64,000 nucleotides of DNA from Vicugna vicugna (Eukaryota). The stretch spans positions 1,072,584-1,136,583 of the forward strand of contig MU058451.1 in NCBI GenBank assembly GCA_013265495.1, written 5' to 3'. Shown one piece after another: positions 12,531-23,665 of this stretch (within the stretch, counting starts at the first letter, position 1; every line of letters begins with the position of its first letter). The position numbers and the translations under genes were made by a program. Under the pieces are notes generated by a model, which saw only the letters and a program-made list of their open reading frames with translations, was not told the origin of the DNA and searched no databases.

Positions 12531-13710
12531 TGAGCACAAAAGAATCCAGTAGGGCAAGAGAATAAATTAGGGAAATGAATACTGGGAAGCCTATATTAAA
12601 ATCTTGAAATAGGGGAGATATGAACAAGATGGAGCTCATGAATCAATACTGTTTGGAATAGTGCCCTGTGTCATCAACCCTGATTTGGGCTAAGAACATC
12701 CAGTTGAGTCATGCCTAGAAATAACCTGTGGTAAATAATTAACTCCCTTAGGAGAGGCTGGAGCCAGCCCATCTGGGATGCTGGCCAAGGGGTTGTTATC
12801 CCTGAAACCAACTGGGGCTGGAGCTGTAAAGGTTCCTGAAGCGGCCAGAAATGGAGAAGCCAAAGGATAAAGAGTCCTTGTAGAGTGTGGAGTCAAAAGC
12901 TACCTAAGTCACTTTCAGATCCAGCTCAAAAAGCGAGGTGGGAGAAGACGAGGAACAAGCAAAAGGCTGGAAGAGATGAGGAGGCAGAAACAAAACCTGC
13001 AGAGCCTCAGAACATGGGAGAAGATAACTGGGCTCTCATTAAGTGGATATAGCCTTTGCAGAGTTGAGACAGACATCCAAAAACCTCTCAGATCTAAGAG
13101 GAATTTTTAGTTTCACTCTGATGGTTATGGATAGCTTAGCATGTCATGTCTAAATAGTCCTCTCCCTAGTATTAACTCAGATGCTAGACAAGAAATCTAT
13201 TAATACCTACTTGTATATGGATCAGGTTCTCAGTCCTCTGTTAAGTGCAAAGAGAAAGAGAAAGGAAATAAGATACAGTCCTTGTTCCTCAGCCTTCCAT
13301 CTTGCCTGCCTCTCTTCCTCCAAACTTCAGCATCACTCATGAGTGTCTCTTTCCCTTGACCCACGGAGAGATCGTGTCAACTCACTCTGCCTTTGAGATG
13401 TCTCCTGAACCCAGTACTGTCTTCTACTTTTCTTTTTCCACCACTCTGGTCTGGGCCCACAAGCCTACCTTAGCAATTCCTAGCATTGCTCTTCTGTAGA
13501 TGGCTAATTCCACGGGGATGGTTGGAGTCATTACTCTGCCAACCTCAATACAAAAAAAAAAGGAGAAAAAAATTTAAAAATAAGGTCCCAGGGGTAGATA
13601 AGTATAGGAAACACAGGATTAAATATAGTTAAACAGGTGTCTTTACTGAGGAACTGCTCTGGGCCTTTAAAATATGCTAATTTGTTTTGTGCTTCCTCAA
13701 GAATACGCTG

Positions 13711-14204
13711 CAGAGGGTCCAAATTTATGATTGTTCGACTTACAATTATTCAACTTCATGATGGTGGGAAAGTAATACCCACTCAGCAGAGACTGTACTT
13801 TGAATTTGGAGTTTGGATCTTTTCCTGGGCTGGCCATGTCTGTGCAACACTTTCTCATGATTCCGGGCCGCCGCAGTGAGCTACAGCTCCCAGTCAGGCA
13901 CACAATTATGAAGGCAAACAACTGATCCACGGGCGATCATTTGCCTGCCGTCAGCCCTTCTGCCTCTCACTTTCAGTACAGTATCCAATCTAGTACATGA
14001 GACATTCAATACTTTATTATAAAACAGGCTTTGTGTTGGATGATTTTGCCCAACTGCAGGCTAATGTACATGTTCTGAGCACTTTTAGGCTAGGCTAGGC
14101 GATGATGTTCAGTAGGTTAGGTGCATTGAATACATTTTTGACTTACAGTATTTCCAATTTACTATAATCGGGATGTAACCCCATTGGAAGCTGAGGAAGA
14201 TCAG
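13711..14204 (-). mobile_element. MER47/Tigger5-family TcMar-Tigger non-autonomous element
   Basis: GATGATTTTGCCCAACTGCAGGCTAATGTA..TGTTCTGAGCAC..TAGGCTAGGCTAGGCGATGATGTTCAGTAGGTTAGGTG and the end GGGATGTAACCCCATTGGAAGCTGAGGA match reverse MER47. Both termini are present but decayed. Confidence 0.9.
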
Positions 14205-15012
14205 CATATGACCTACTTAACCACAAGTTGCCTCTTTTGAGGAAAATTTTCTTTTGAGGAAATTTAGGATAATACTTTGGGAAGCATTAGCCTGGGTGAC
14301 TGAAATGACTGAAATAGATCCCGAGGGGTATTCTCCTCACTCCCCTCCCCAAAGCTCTTCCACACATTTCTACCATATTGTTTTTACAAAGGTATTGTTT
14401 TGGATATATCATCCACCTAATCATGACTTTCAGAGGCTCCTCTATGACTACTTTACGGAATCTCAAGTTGCCAACCTGGCAAGATAGGTCCTCTCCATTC
14501 AACTAGTCTGATCTACCATATTTCCTAGATTATCCCAGCCTCCACATATTAGTGTGTTACTTATATTTCTTGGAGTAGAATTCTTACTACTCCACTAGTC
14601 TTGGTCTTGCAAAATTTTTAAGATTTTGCTTAAGTATCATTGGAGTTTCTCACAGTTGCTTCCTTCCTTGAATTTTTGCCAAACTTTTTACGGACTGAAT
14701 GTATCACTTTCCTCAATAGATGATAAGGCCCTAGCGGTTAAGAAACATCTGTTTTTTTTGTTTGTTTGTTTTGCTTTGTTTTGTGTTCTTTATTTGTACC
14801 CCAAGGACCTATAACAATGTTCTCTATACATAGATGTAAAAGATGACAATATAAGAAAAATAATAAACAACTAGATTTTAGAATCCAGCAAAGCTTGGTT
14901 TGCTGATCATCTGCCTAACAAGAAGGCTGGATGTGGTGTGCGTTCAGAGCAGCTGATCTGGAAGGGCTTGTGGCCATCAAACACCTTCATCTGGCATTCC
15001 TCAGTAGGATGC

Positions 15013-15401
15013 TATACTAGTTTTCTGGGGCCACCACAACAAAATACCACCGACTGCGTGGCTTAAACAACACAAATTTACTTTCTTACAGTTCTGAAGC
15101 TAGATGTTCAAGATCAAGGTGAGTTTGTTTCTCCTTAGGTTTCTCCCTTTGGCTTGTAGATGGCTGCTCTTGTGCTGTGTCCTTGCATGGTCCTTCCTCT
15201 GTGCACATGTCTGTGTCTTAATCTCCTCTTCTTATAAGGACACCAGTTAAATTGGATCGGGCCCACCCATATGACCTCATTTTACCTTCATTACTTCTTT
15301 AAAGATCCTATCTCCAAATACTGTGCAGTCAGATTTTGAGGTACTACACGTTAGGGTTCCAACATATATATTCTGGGGTGGACACAAATCAGCTCATAAA
15401 A
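15013..15401 (-). mobile_element. MLT1B-like MaLR solo LTR, full length
   Basis: ACAAAATACCACCGACTGCGTGGCTTAAACAAC...CTTCTTATAAGGACACCAG...TGACCTCATTTTACCTT. A 5-bp TSD, GATGC, lies at 15008-15012 and 15402-15406. Confidence 0.9.
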
Positions 15402-16009
15402 GATGCCTTCGAGAAATGTACTCAGATCAGTGGAACCAAGCAGACTGAGACATTGAACAAAGACTAAAAGACAATTAGACATTAGGAGAACCACCATAGT
15501 TCTACTCCAAATTTCCATTTTTAAATTGCTTTAGATTTTTAAAAACTTATTCGTTACTCCAAAATAATGCCTGGTGCATGGTAATAAATCTTTTGAAACT
15601 AAAAGTGATTACTTTCTCTGTTCCAGGAAACATATACGCCAAAGGCAAGGTTAAAGAGACACAGGCTACTGCTAGGCTGGATCAGACACGAGGTCAATCC
15701 CCAGACTGCTCACACTCGGGAACCCTGCACAGAGGACGCTCTCCTCCAGTCCCAACTACTGTGGCTTCTGGAAGCATGAAAGGTATACACTTAGAAATTT
15801 CTCCTTAGAGCTTCATATTTTTGCAGATTTCTGGTATATAGAAAATAATAGTCTATTGTACATATGAAAAGGTGGAGCAAAAGATTTGAGGAGGAAAAAA
15901 AGAATATGAAAATTTCAAGACTTTCTAGTTCCTTCTAAGACTCCTTAGACGATGTCAATATTAGGAATTAAATAAGTATAAGAATATACTCCAATGGTGC
16001 TTGAATAGT

Positions 16010-16785
16010 TTTAAACAAAGCAGAAAAAACTTCCTCTCTCATGGAGCTAACCTTCAAACAGGGAGAAAGGCATGAAAGAAACAAGGGAAATACCTAGTAG
16101 ATTATTCTGGTACAAGAGAAACTATAGTTCCCAGCTGGAATTTAGAAAGCTGTAATTTAAGTGGGGACGGGACAAATAAAGTATCACCAAGAAAGTGCCC
16201 ATGTGAGCAAAGACCAGAACCTGGAGAGGGAACAAGCCGTGGGGATGTTGGGGAGAAAGAACATTCTAGAATATGGGAACAGCACATGCGAAGGCCCTGA
16301 GTGGGCATGTACTTGGTGGGTCTGGGGAACAATAAAGAGGCCAGCATGGCTAACGCAGAGTTAGTGAGGGGGTATGACGAGTAGGAGGTGATGTTGGAGA
16401 GGCACCTGGGTACCATATCATTCAGCCCCTTGAAGGCCATTGTTCTGTTACTCTGAGTGATGCGAGAAGCCATGGAGGATTTCGAGTAGAGGAATCACAA
16501 GACAAGACCTGCATTTTATGTGGGACATCTCTGGCTATGGAAACTAGACTAAGGCAGATGGAGCAGGAAGCAAAGAGGCTATTTTATCACCTCAACTAGG
16601 AAATGGTGGTGGCTTGTTCCAGAGCTGTAGCAGTGAAGTTGCTGAGAAGTGGTCCATTTCTGAGTTTTGCAGGTAAACCCAACTGATCTGCAAACCGATT
16701 GGATACGGGTGTGAAGGGCAAAGTGGAATCAACCATAACTCCAAGATTCGGGGACCTAATCCAAGGGAGGATGGAGTTGCCATTA
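16010..16785 (-). mobile_element. L2
   Basis: CATTCTAGAATATGGGAACAGCACATGCGAAGGCCCTGAG, GAAGCCATGGAGGATTT and GAGGATGGAGTTGCCATT are reverse L2 body motifs. Confidence 0.85.
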
Positions 16786-19149
16786 AAGGTATATTTAAAC
16801 ATTTACACTCCTGTTACTCCCAGTGATGGTAATAACTTTTCGGTTATCATTTCAGTTGCAAGTGGAAACCTTGAGAAATATACTTTAACACCTCACACAC
16901 AATTTCACACATATAGGCACCCCAAAGTTTCCTTGACAAAGACAGTAATAAAATATGTGTAAGTAATAGAATAAAGCATTTCAGTTTTCTGTAAACCTGT
17001 CTCTCAAAGGACATTCTTTGCACATTACTTCAGTGATAAGAGGAGTTTTGCAGAAGGAAAAGTTGTATACAGTTGAATAAGTTATGGCATTAATTCAACA
17101 TGAAAAGCTATTCACATTGCTTCTCTTGGTGAAAGACGAGATGAGTAATACAGACTTCTCACAAAAGGAAAAATTAGAGGTTATTTAGAAAGCTAAAGAA
17201 AGTTGCCAGGGAAACAAGTTCTTTCAGAAATTTGGTGACAATGCCTCCCCATGAATGCCAAACATTTTAACTCTAAAGTTGTTCAGCTTCTAACTACAGG
17301 TAGATGTGAGCTGTTATGGACAGTGAGGGATAAATTAACCGAGCAGCCATACACAAGACAGAGAAAAAAAAATGGTTTGGTGATCAACAAATTTTACTAA
17401 ATATGAATAATAAAACAAAAGAGTTGAGTGTAATGGCTATAAAAAATAGGTGTGCAATTAAAAGCCCAAATATATTTAAAGAGGCAATCCAAGCTCTCTT
17501 GAAGTGACTTTACCAAAGCAAGCTTTAAGTAAAAAAAATTAACTCAATAGTATATATGTGTGTATATATATATATCTCCGCACACATACACACACAGAAC
17601 ACACACCCATGAAGCTTTTCTTTTACAGAATCATGAAAAACTTTCACAGTTCTGAAAATGTGGCAAATTCACCTTTCTGGGAAGCAAAGTCAATTTCTCC
17701 AGATTATTCTCCTCATCTATCTAATTCCTATCCAGCATTCAAGGCTCTCGGAAGGCTTCTTAGATTTTTGCAATCCACAGTGGTTCTTCTCTGAACTTAT
17801 CTTTATGATTCTACTCGCATGATCGGTTCAGAATCTATATGTAGTTCATATCTATATGAACTTAATCTGTATGATTTTACTCGCATGATCGGTAGCCACA
17901 GCTGCCCGTGACAGCTCTTGTATTGCAAGACTATACTTTTAATGTGCTTTTACTGTTTGTCATTTCAGTGTCTCACTGGTGCTGCCCAAATGAATGGTGA
18001 GCTTCTTGAGGGCAGAGTACCCATGGGTTATGCCTTATTTGCTAATTACATAGTGGGATGGGGCAGCAGGGTGCTTTATTGAATATATAAACTGATTCAT
18101 GTACAATTGGTAAGATGGATTCATTTCCTTCATTTTAATTATTAAAATATCTATTGGAACAAAAGCTTCATAAAAGTCAGCCTAAAAAATTGCTTATCAT
18201 TGGGCTAAAAACATATATGGAAATGATCCAATCATTTAAATAAGAATTTTGAAAGGAAAAAATAAAAGCTATTAAATTAACTAGAAGACTGTTTAGGCTC
18301 TTTTCTGTTTTCCTAACCATGTTTATGGTATTCTCCATGCTGCTTAAATCTCAAACATATGTAACTATATACAACCATAATTAAAAATAATTTATTTAAC
18401 ATTATCCTATAAAGGGGATTGACTGAATTCTATGGAGAGGATCTCTAATCACTGCCTTTAATATCAGCCCTTAAGAAAAATCTCCTGATCCAGAGCTTCT
18501 CTCAACACCATGCAACCCACTTCAATAGGGCAGGGATTCAAATACAGCAGGAGCCTAAGGGCAGCGTGGTCTGTAATGCCAGTTTTGGCTCTGTCTCTCC
18601 ACTCCATGGTTAAGAGTTTCCACTAAACTTCGACATGATGGGTTTTCAAGTGTCTAAATATATAAATGTATGTCTCCCATATCACCAGGATCATTTTGCC
18701 TTCAGTCCTCTAAATCTCTCGCTACATATTATCGACACTCAATGAGGCAATTTTTTAATTGCAGCACAATAAAACTGCAGAGCTTTAGGCATCTTTGGGC
18801 AAAACAACAGAAACACCTGAATATTCCAACCTTTTGACAATAGAATCTAAGCATCTTAAATGACGTGGGATAATGTACATGCGAATAGCTTATAAACTAT
18901 AAAACGCTACGGAAACGCGAGATCCGATGACACAGCCCGCAGACTACCCAATGCAAGATTTACATTTCATTCATGCGTATTTACAGTAAGTAACACACAC
19001 ACACAAAAAAGCTTTAAATAACCCATTGCAAGGAATACCCTAAAAGGGAACTATTATTTATTTGTGCGATGTATATATGGTACACTTATGCCATGCCATC
19101 GCTCTTCCCCAATAGTACCATTTAGTACAAACAGAGAAATAATTTGTTT

Positions 19150-19620
19150 AGCTATATAATCAGGAGAGGCTGCACACAATAAAAGAAAGCATTCTGGTTT
19201 TTAAATGAATAAAAATTGATTGTGTCCCTATAAAAACTAAATTGGCAGAGTGTTAACTGCATTTCACATAAACATCTGTAGCGGGCTGTGCCTCTCGGCT
19301 GGGCTGTAATGCAATATGAAACACTTAGGGATAAATGCATTCTCCAGATGAGTTCAGAGAGATTTTCTAAAAGCGTCTGATGAGATTGTAAAAATCGGAT
19401 TAGTCAGGACTGCTAATGACACTTAAAACAAAGGGAAATCTTTAAACAAAATTATTTTGTGCTTCTCTCTTGATAAATTATATGCAAATTAGTGTTGATT
19501 GAAAAATGTTTGCCTTGAAGGTAAATTCACACTAATAAAGGAGAGGTCATCCTGCCTCAGACACAGTACCTCTCATCAGGGGGACTTTAAAATTAACCAC
19601 GTTATTTCCTTTCTGTAAAC
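19150..19620. promoter_or_regulatory. candidate enhancer / conserved non-coding element
   Basis: Repeat-free block with ATGCAAAT, AACAAAG, two TAAACA and GGATTA. Conservation and activity cannot be tested here. Confidence 0.35.
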
Positions 19621-20339
19621 AATTTCGATAAAACAGTGTGATGATGTTAGAAACATTTCTATTTTATCTTTAGTGCATTCCTGATATTATAATCATCATA
19701 TGCATAATTTTACATTACTTACAGTTTCAGGTGTGTATATATATGCACTTGTATATTCATTTTATGTGTGTATACACTTTATATATAGTATATCAGCATA
19801 CATCCATCTATACATGCATATACACACTATGTATGTGTAAGTACATATATATGAGCTAACAAAGTTTTTAAGCTGAGAAAGTTTTCCATTTTTTTCAATC
19901 TGTTAGTTTGAGGAAGAGCTATTGTTACAGTCAGGACTTCTTAGATTTCTGAATAGTTTCATTCTTGGCACAATTTTTTAAAAATTTAGTACTGACAGTT
20001 CAAGTAGATATTTTGTGTTATTTATTCCCTCTACCAAAATATCAGTGTACTGTGTTAGACAGAGTAGAGTTCAAATTCTGTGCCAGCTTGAAAACCAGGA
20101 AAAATTTATGAAGAAACAGCTTTATAACCAAGAACCCAAGGCTCATCCTTGAAGCCTCAGTTTCTCCATCTCTAAAAAATGGAAGATAATATGCAGTTTT
20201 TTGAAGTGTGTAAGATTATGCATCTTTCATAAACCAACTCACTTGATCATCATCAAATGATCATTAGTGAATTAAATACATTAATTTATATAATATATGT
20301 GTATAATAAACAACCTAAATCAAGAAATGAAGTAAGGAA

Positions 20340-20680
20340 AATCAGATACTTAGTACTACACACATAGCAGTGTACTAGGCACTGAAGAACGCCGTAGACA
20401 TAAGGCACAACTCTTGTCCCCCAGGATTGTAAAATTTCATGAAAGAATTACAGACACTTAAAATAGTTAATAAGATTAAAATGAGTGATATAGGCAGGAA
20501 GTGCTCTTAGGGTTGGTCGATGCAGAAGGAATGAGAGGTGATGACTTCTTGAAGGATGTGAGGGTTGTAAGAGTGATGCCTGGAATGTGGAAAGTGTTCA
20601 TAGGTGGAGAGAAAGGAGGGCTGCCCCAGTGAGGGGCCCACCAGGAGCTGCAGTAAGCACAGTGCAAACGGGGATGTGGC
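20340..20680 (-). mobile_element. degraded L2
   Basis: GTACTAGGCACTGAAGA...TTGTCCCCCAGGA...TTGAAGGATGTGAGG resembles a reverse L2 3' region. Confidence 0.55.
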
Positions 20681-21744
20681 TGAGCCTGGCTTAGCCACAG
20701 GAAGAGCTCCAGCCAGAAGGAGAATCCCAGGAGATAGATCTCTAGTGGCAGCTTATATGAAAATGTGGCAACAGTTGTAAGGAAGGGCCAAATCTGTGTA
20801 TGAAGATTTGAAGAGTATCTTCATTCATCTTACAGATCAGAGCAGTTAGTAAACTTGGAGTCTGGGAGGAAAACTGTGAGGTTTTCCTTGAGGAAGAAAG
20901 GATTGGCCAGAACAGGCAAAGGGCCCAACTCGAAAGCCAGGCTACCCTGGATCAGTCAAGTTTCGAGGAGCCAGCCAAGTGGGGAACTGAAGACGAGGTC
21001 GGAGATTTTGATACAAGGATCTTCAGTCACTGAATCAGCAAGACCAGTGAAGGCCTAGATAATTCTGTAAAGCTGAAGCTTATAAAGGTTAACTCCGTTT
21101 TCCCATGTTCACTATGGGAGGTGGCACCAAAGCCGGGACTAGAACCCAAGATGCTTAACTGCCTCTTCATAGTTCTTCACCAAGGACCACCCCTCGGGTC
21201 CCCTGCTCCCCTGCTATTAACTGCTTTACACTCTGAACTTGTTTGCCTTTCAACGAAGGGGAAACACTGTGATCAGGTAGTTACAGCGGCTACTATAAGC
21301 TGGAAAAGGGGATATGTAAGAAACTTAGGAATGGCCCTTCTAAGCTACAGTTTGACAGACAGTTATGAATTAGTTGGGATGCTGGTCATTCAGCTTGTCT
21401 CCTAGGAAACACTTTGATGCTGTTCAATGTCTTCCCATGTGATCATGATTCTGGAACCTGTCCTTCAGGGTAGATTCATGTTTTCCAATTAACTCACTCA
21501 AAAAGACTCACTGGGCTCTTCCGTCATTTCTTACCTTCATGGAATTACTTGGCTCACATTCACTCTGGTGTCAGTGGCAGGGAAGTAGAGCTGTAAAATG
21601 TAATGGCTCTGTCAATCCTAACCATAACAACATTAGCTCAGTTGCAAGAACATTTGCTAATTCATTCATTCCACAAATACTCACTAAGCACCTACAGGTA
21701 CTAAAGGAAGTGGAGTGAGTAGTATTACGCTTAATGAGCAGGGA

Positions 21745-21910
21745 AGTTCTCAGCTCTCCTACTAAACTAGCCATGTGCCTTAGCTCTGATTATGAATACA
21801 TTCACCGCACAGGGTAATTATGAGGACTAAGCGGGCTCAGACATGTAAAATGCCTAGAACATGGCCTGGCACATGTGACTTCTCAATAAATATTAGCTAC
21901 TATGATTACT
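21745..21910 (+). mobile_element. MIR (apparently between two pieces of an L2)
   Basis: CAGGGTAATTATGAGGACTAA...CATGTAAAATGCCTAGAACATGGCCTGGCACAT...CTCAATAAATATTAGCTA. Confidence 0.8.
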
Positions 21911-21919
21911 GCCTGTAGA

Positions 21920-22770
21920 GACTGGGTAAGCCAAATCAAAGATGTCTTCTAGAGGTGGAGACACTTGTATAGAACTTTGAGGTGTTATTAGGCATTTTCT
22001 ATTTAGAAGAAATAGGAGAAGGTCAGTTGAGGCAGATTAAATAGGCTGTGAAAATAATGGAGGTGTGTGGCAACAAGATAAGGACTGCTCATTGTGGCTG
22101 GAGCCTGAAGATTTGGAAGTAGAAGCCAATTGCAAAGGCCCTGGATGCTACGCTAAGAGGTTTGAGTTTTATATTTAAAGCTGTGGGAAGTCATTGGAAG
22201 ATTTTACAGGGGGTGTTTGACAGGATCCGTTTGGTGCTTTAGAAAGATCGTTCTGGCAGTGGTAACTGAAAAAATCATTTTGGAAGGTCTTTGAGCAGCA
22301 AGGGCAGGAATTAGCGAGGGCCGGAGTTAAGGTTGAGTTGTTGCAAATGAAGACAAGGGATGCAATCAAGAGGAGTTTGGGAGGAAGTCTTCATGTGACT
22401 TGATAACGAATTAGATGTGGGAAATGGATGAGAGAGAAGTTTAGGGTGACAAAAGTTCCAAGACTTGAACGAATAGGTCAAGGATGGGTACTTTCTGAGA
22501 TGGGGAAGACTGAACATGCAACAGGTTTAGGGATGTAATGGTGAGTTCAGGTTCAGACCTGCTGAGTCTAAACTGTGACACACAGGTGAGGATGTGCAGT
22601 AGGCATCTGGCCATGAATGTGGAGCTCACACACCAAGTTCCTATGGTCATCTACATCTAGATGTCACTAGAAGTAAGAGCTTTAGAGTTATGAGTTTTTA
22701 AACTGTAGTTAACAACATGAATATGGATAAAGTTGCCCGGGAATAGTACACAGGGAATAAAGGAATGTAT
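21920..22770 (-). mobile_element. L2 body (tail piece at about 21655-21705)
   Basis: GGGAAGTCATTGGAAGATTTTA, TTAGAAAGATCGTTCTGGCAG, CTGAGATGGGGAAGACTG and GAGTTCAGGTTCAGAC. Confidence 0.8.
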
Positions 22771-23339
22771 AAATGACGGAGAAAAACAGAAGAAACAAGT
22801 TCATGAGAAGGAAGCTCCTACTAAGATCCCTATAGGTGGAAAGAACAAAATAAGATCACCCTCCTCTGGACACACACAAGCTTAGGCAGAAGCTCACTTA
22901 AATCCACATGCAGACCATTTTACAGAGCAGGCCATATTGATGATGAAAGTCAACATTTTCCAGACATTCATCAAAACCACAGATAAGTCCAAAAACAGAC
23001 CCAAATGTGTATGCACGAAGGAAAGGAAAAAACAAGAAAGGAACTCCAAAGATTTGGGGTCTGAATGACAGGCCCCATATCACAGTCATAAACAGGAGTT
23101 TTTATAAGAGGCTCGTACAGTATGCAAGCCGCAGAGTGCAGTGAAGAGGTACACCTATAATTTGCTTTGGATTTACTTACATATTGAAGACAGTTAGAAC
23201 CACCCAAGTCAGATTGAAAGTCTAAGCTCTATGCATTCCCCATAGAAACAATACTGGAACAGCAATGGGGCAAATCTAGTGCTCAAACAGCTCCCCCCAC
23301 CCCCACTATAGCTTTCTATCCATGGACTTGAAGCAACAT

Positions 23340-23665
23340 AGTATGGTTTATATACACAGAATGAGAAAGCATATTGGCTTATACACTGGGCATTCCTGGA
23401 TTCAAAGTCTAACTCTTCTTCATATTAACAGTGTGACTATGGACAAGTTAATGAATTGGTCCAAGTATCATCTTCTTAATATTTAATTCAGTCTAATCCT
23501 ATAGCCTACTTATAGTCTGTTGTAAATGAGGATAAAGTCAGATAAATTACTACAGTTAATATTTATTTAGCTCTTGGTATGAGTAAGACAATGAACTAAG
23601 CTCTTAACAGATACCATCTTTATAACTCGCACAACGGCTCTCTGAGGCGATGCACTGAACCATTA
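23340..23665. mobile_element. two degraded MIRs tail to tail (+ about 23340-23550, - about 23555-23665)
   Basis: CCTGGATTCAAAGTCTAACTC..GTGTGACTATGGACAAGTTA on +, then TAATATTTATTTAGCTCTT..AACTCGCACAAC on -. Confidence 0.55.

Noticed and set aside
16102..16802. Cluster of ORFs up to 123 aa
   Set aside because: All lie within an L2 remnant.
17792..17893. CRISPR-like repeat-spacer-repeat (36/29/37 bp)
   Set aside because: Only two imperfect copies, a self-derived spacer, a mammalian context and no cas genes.
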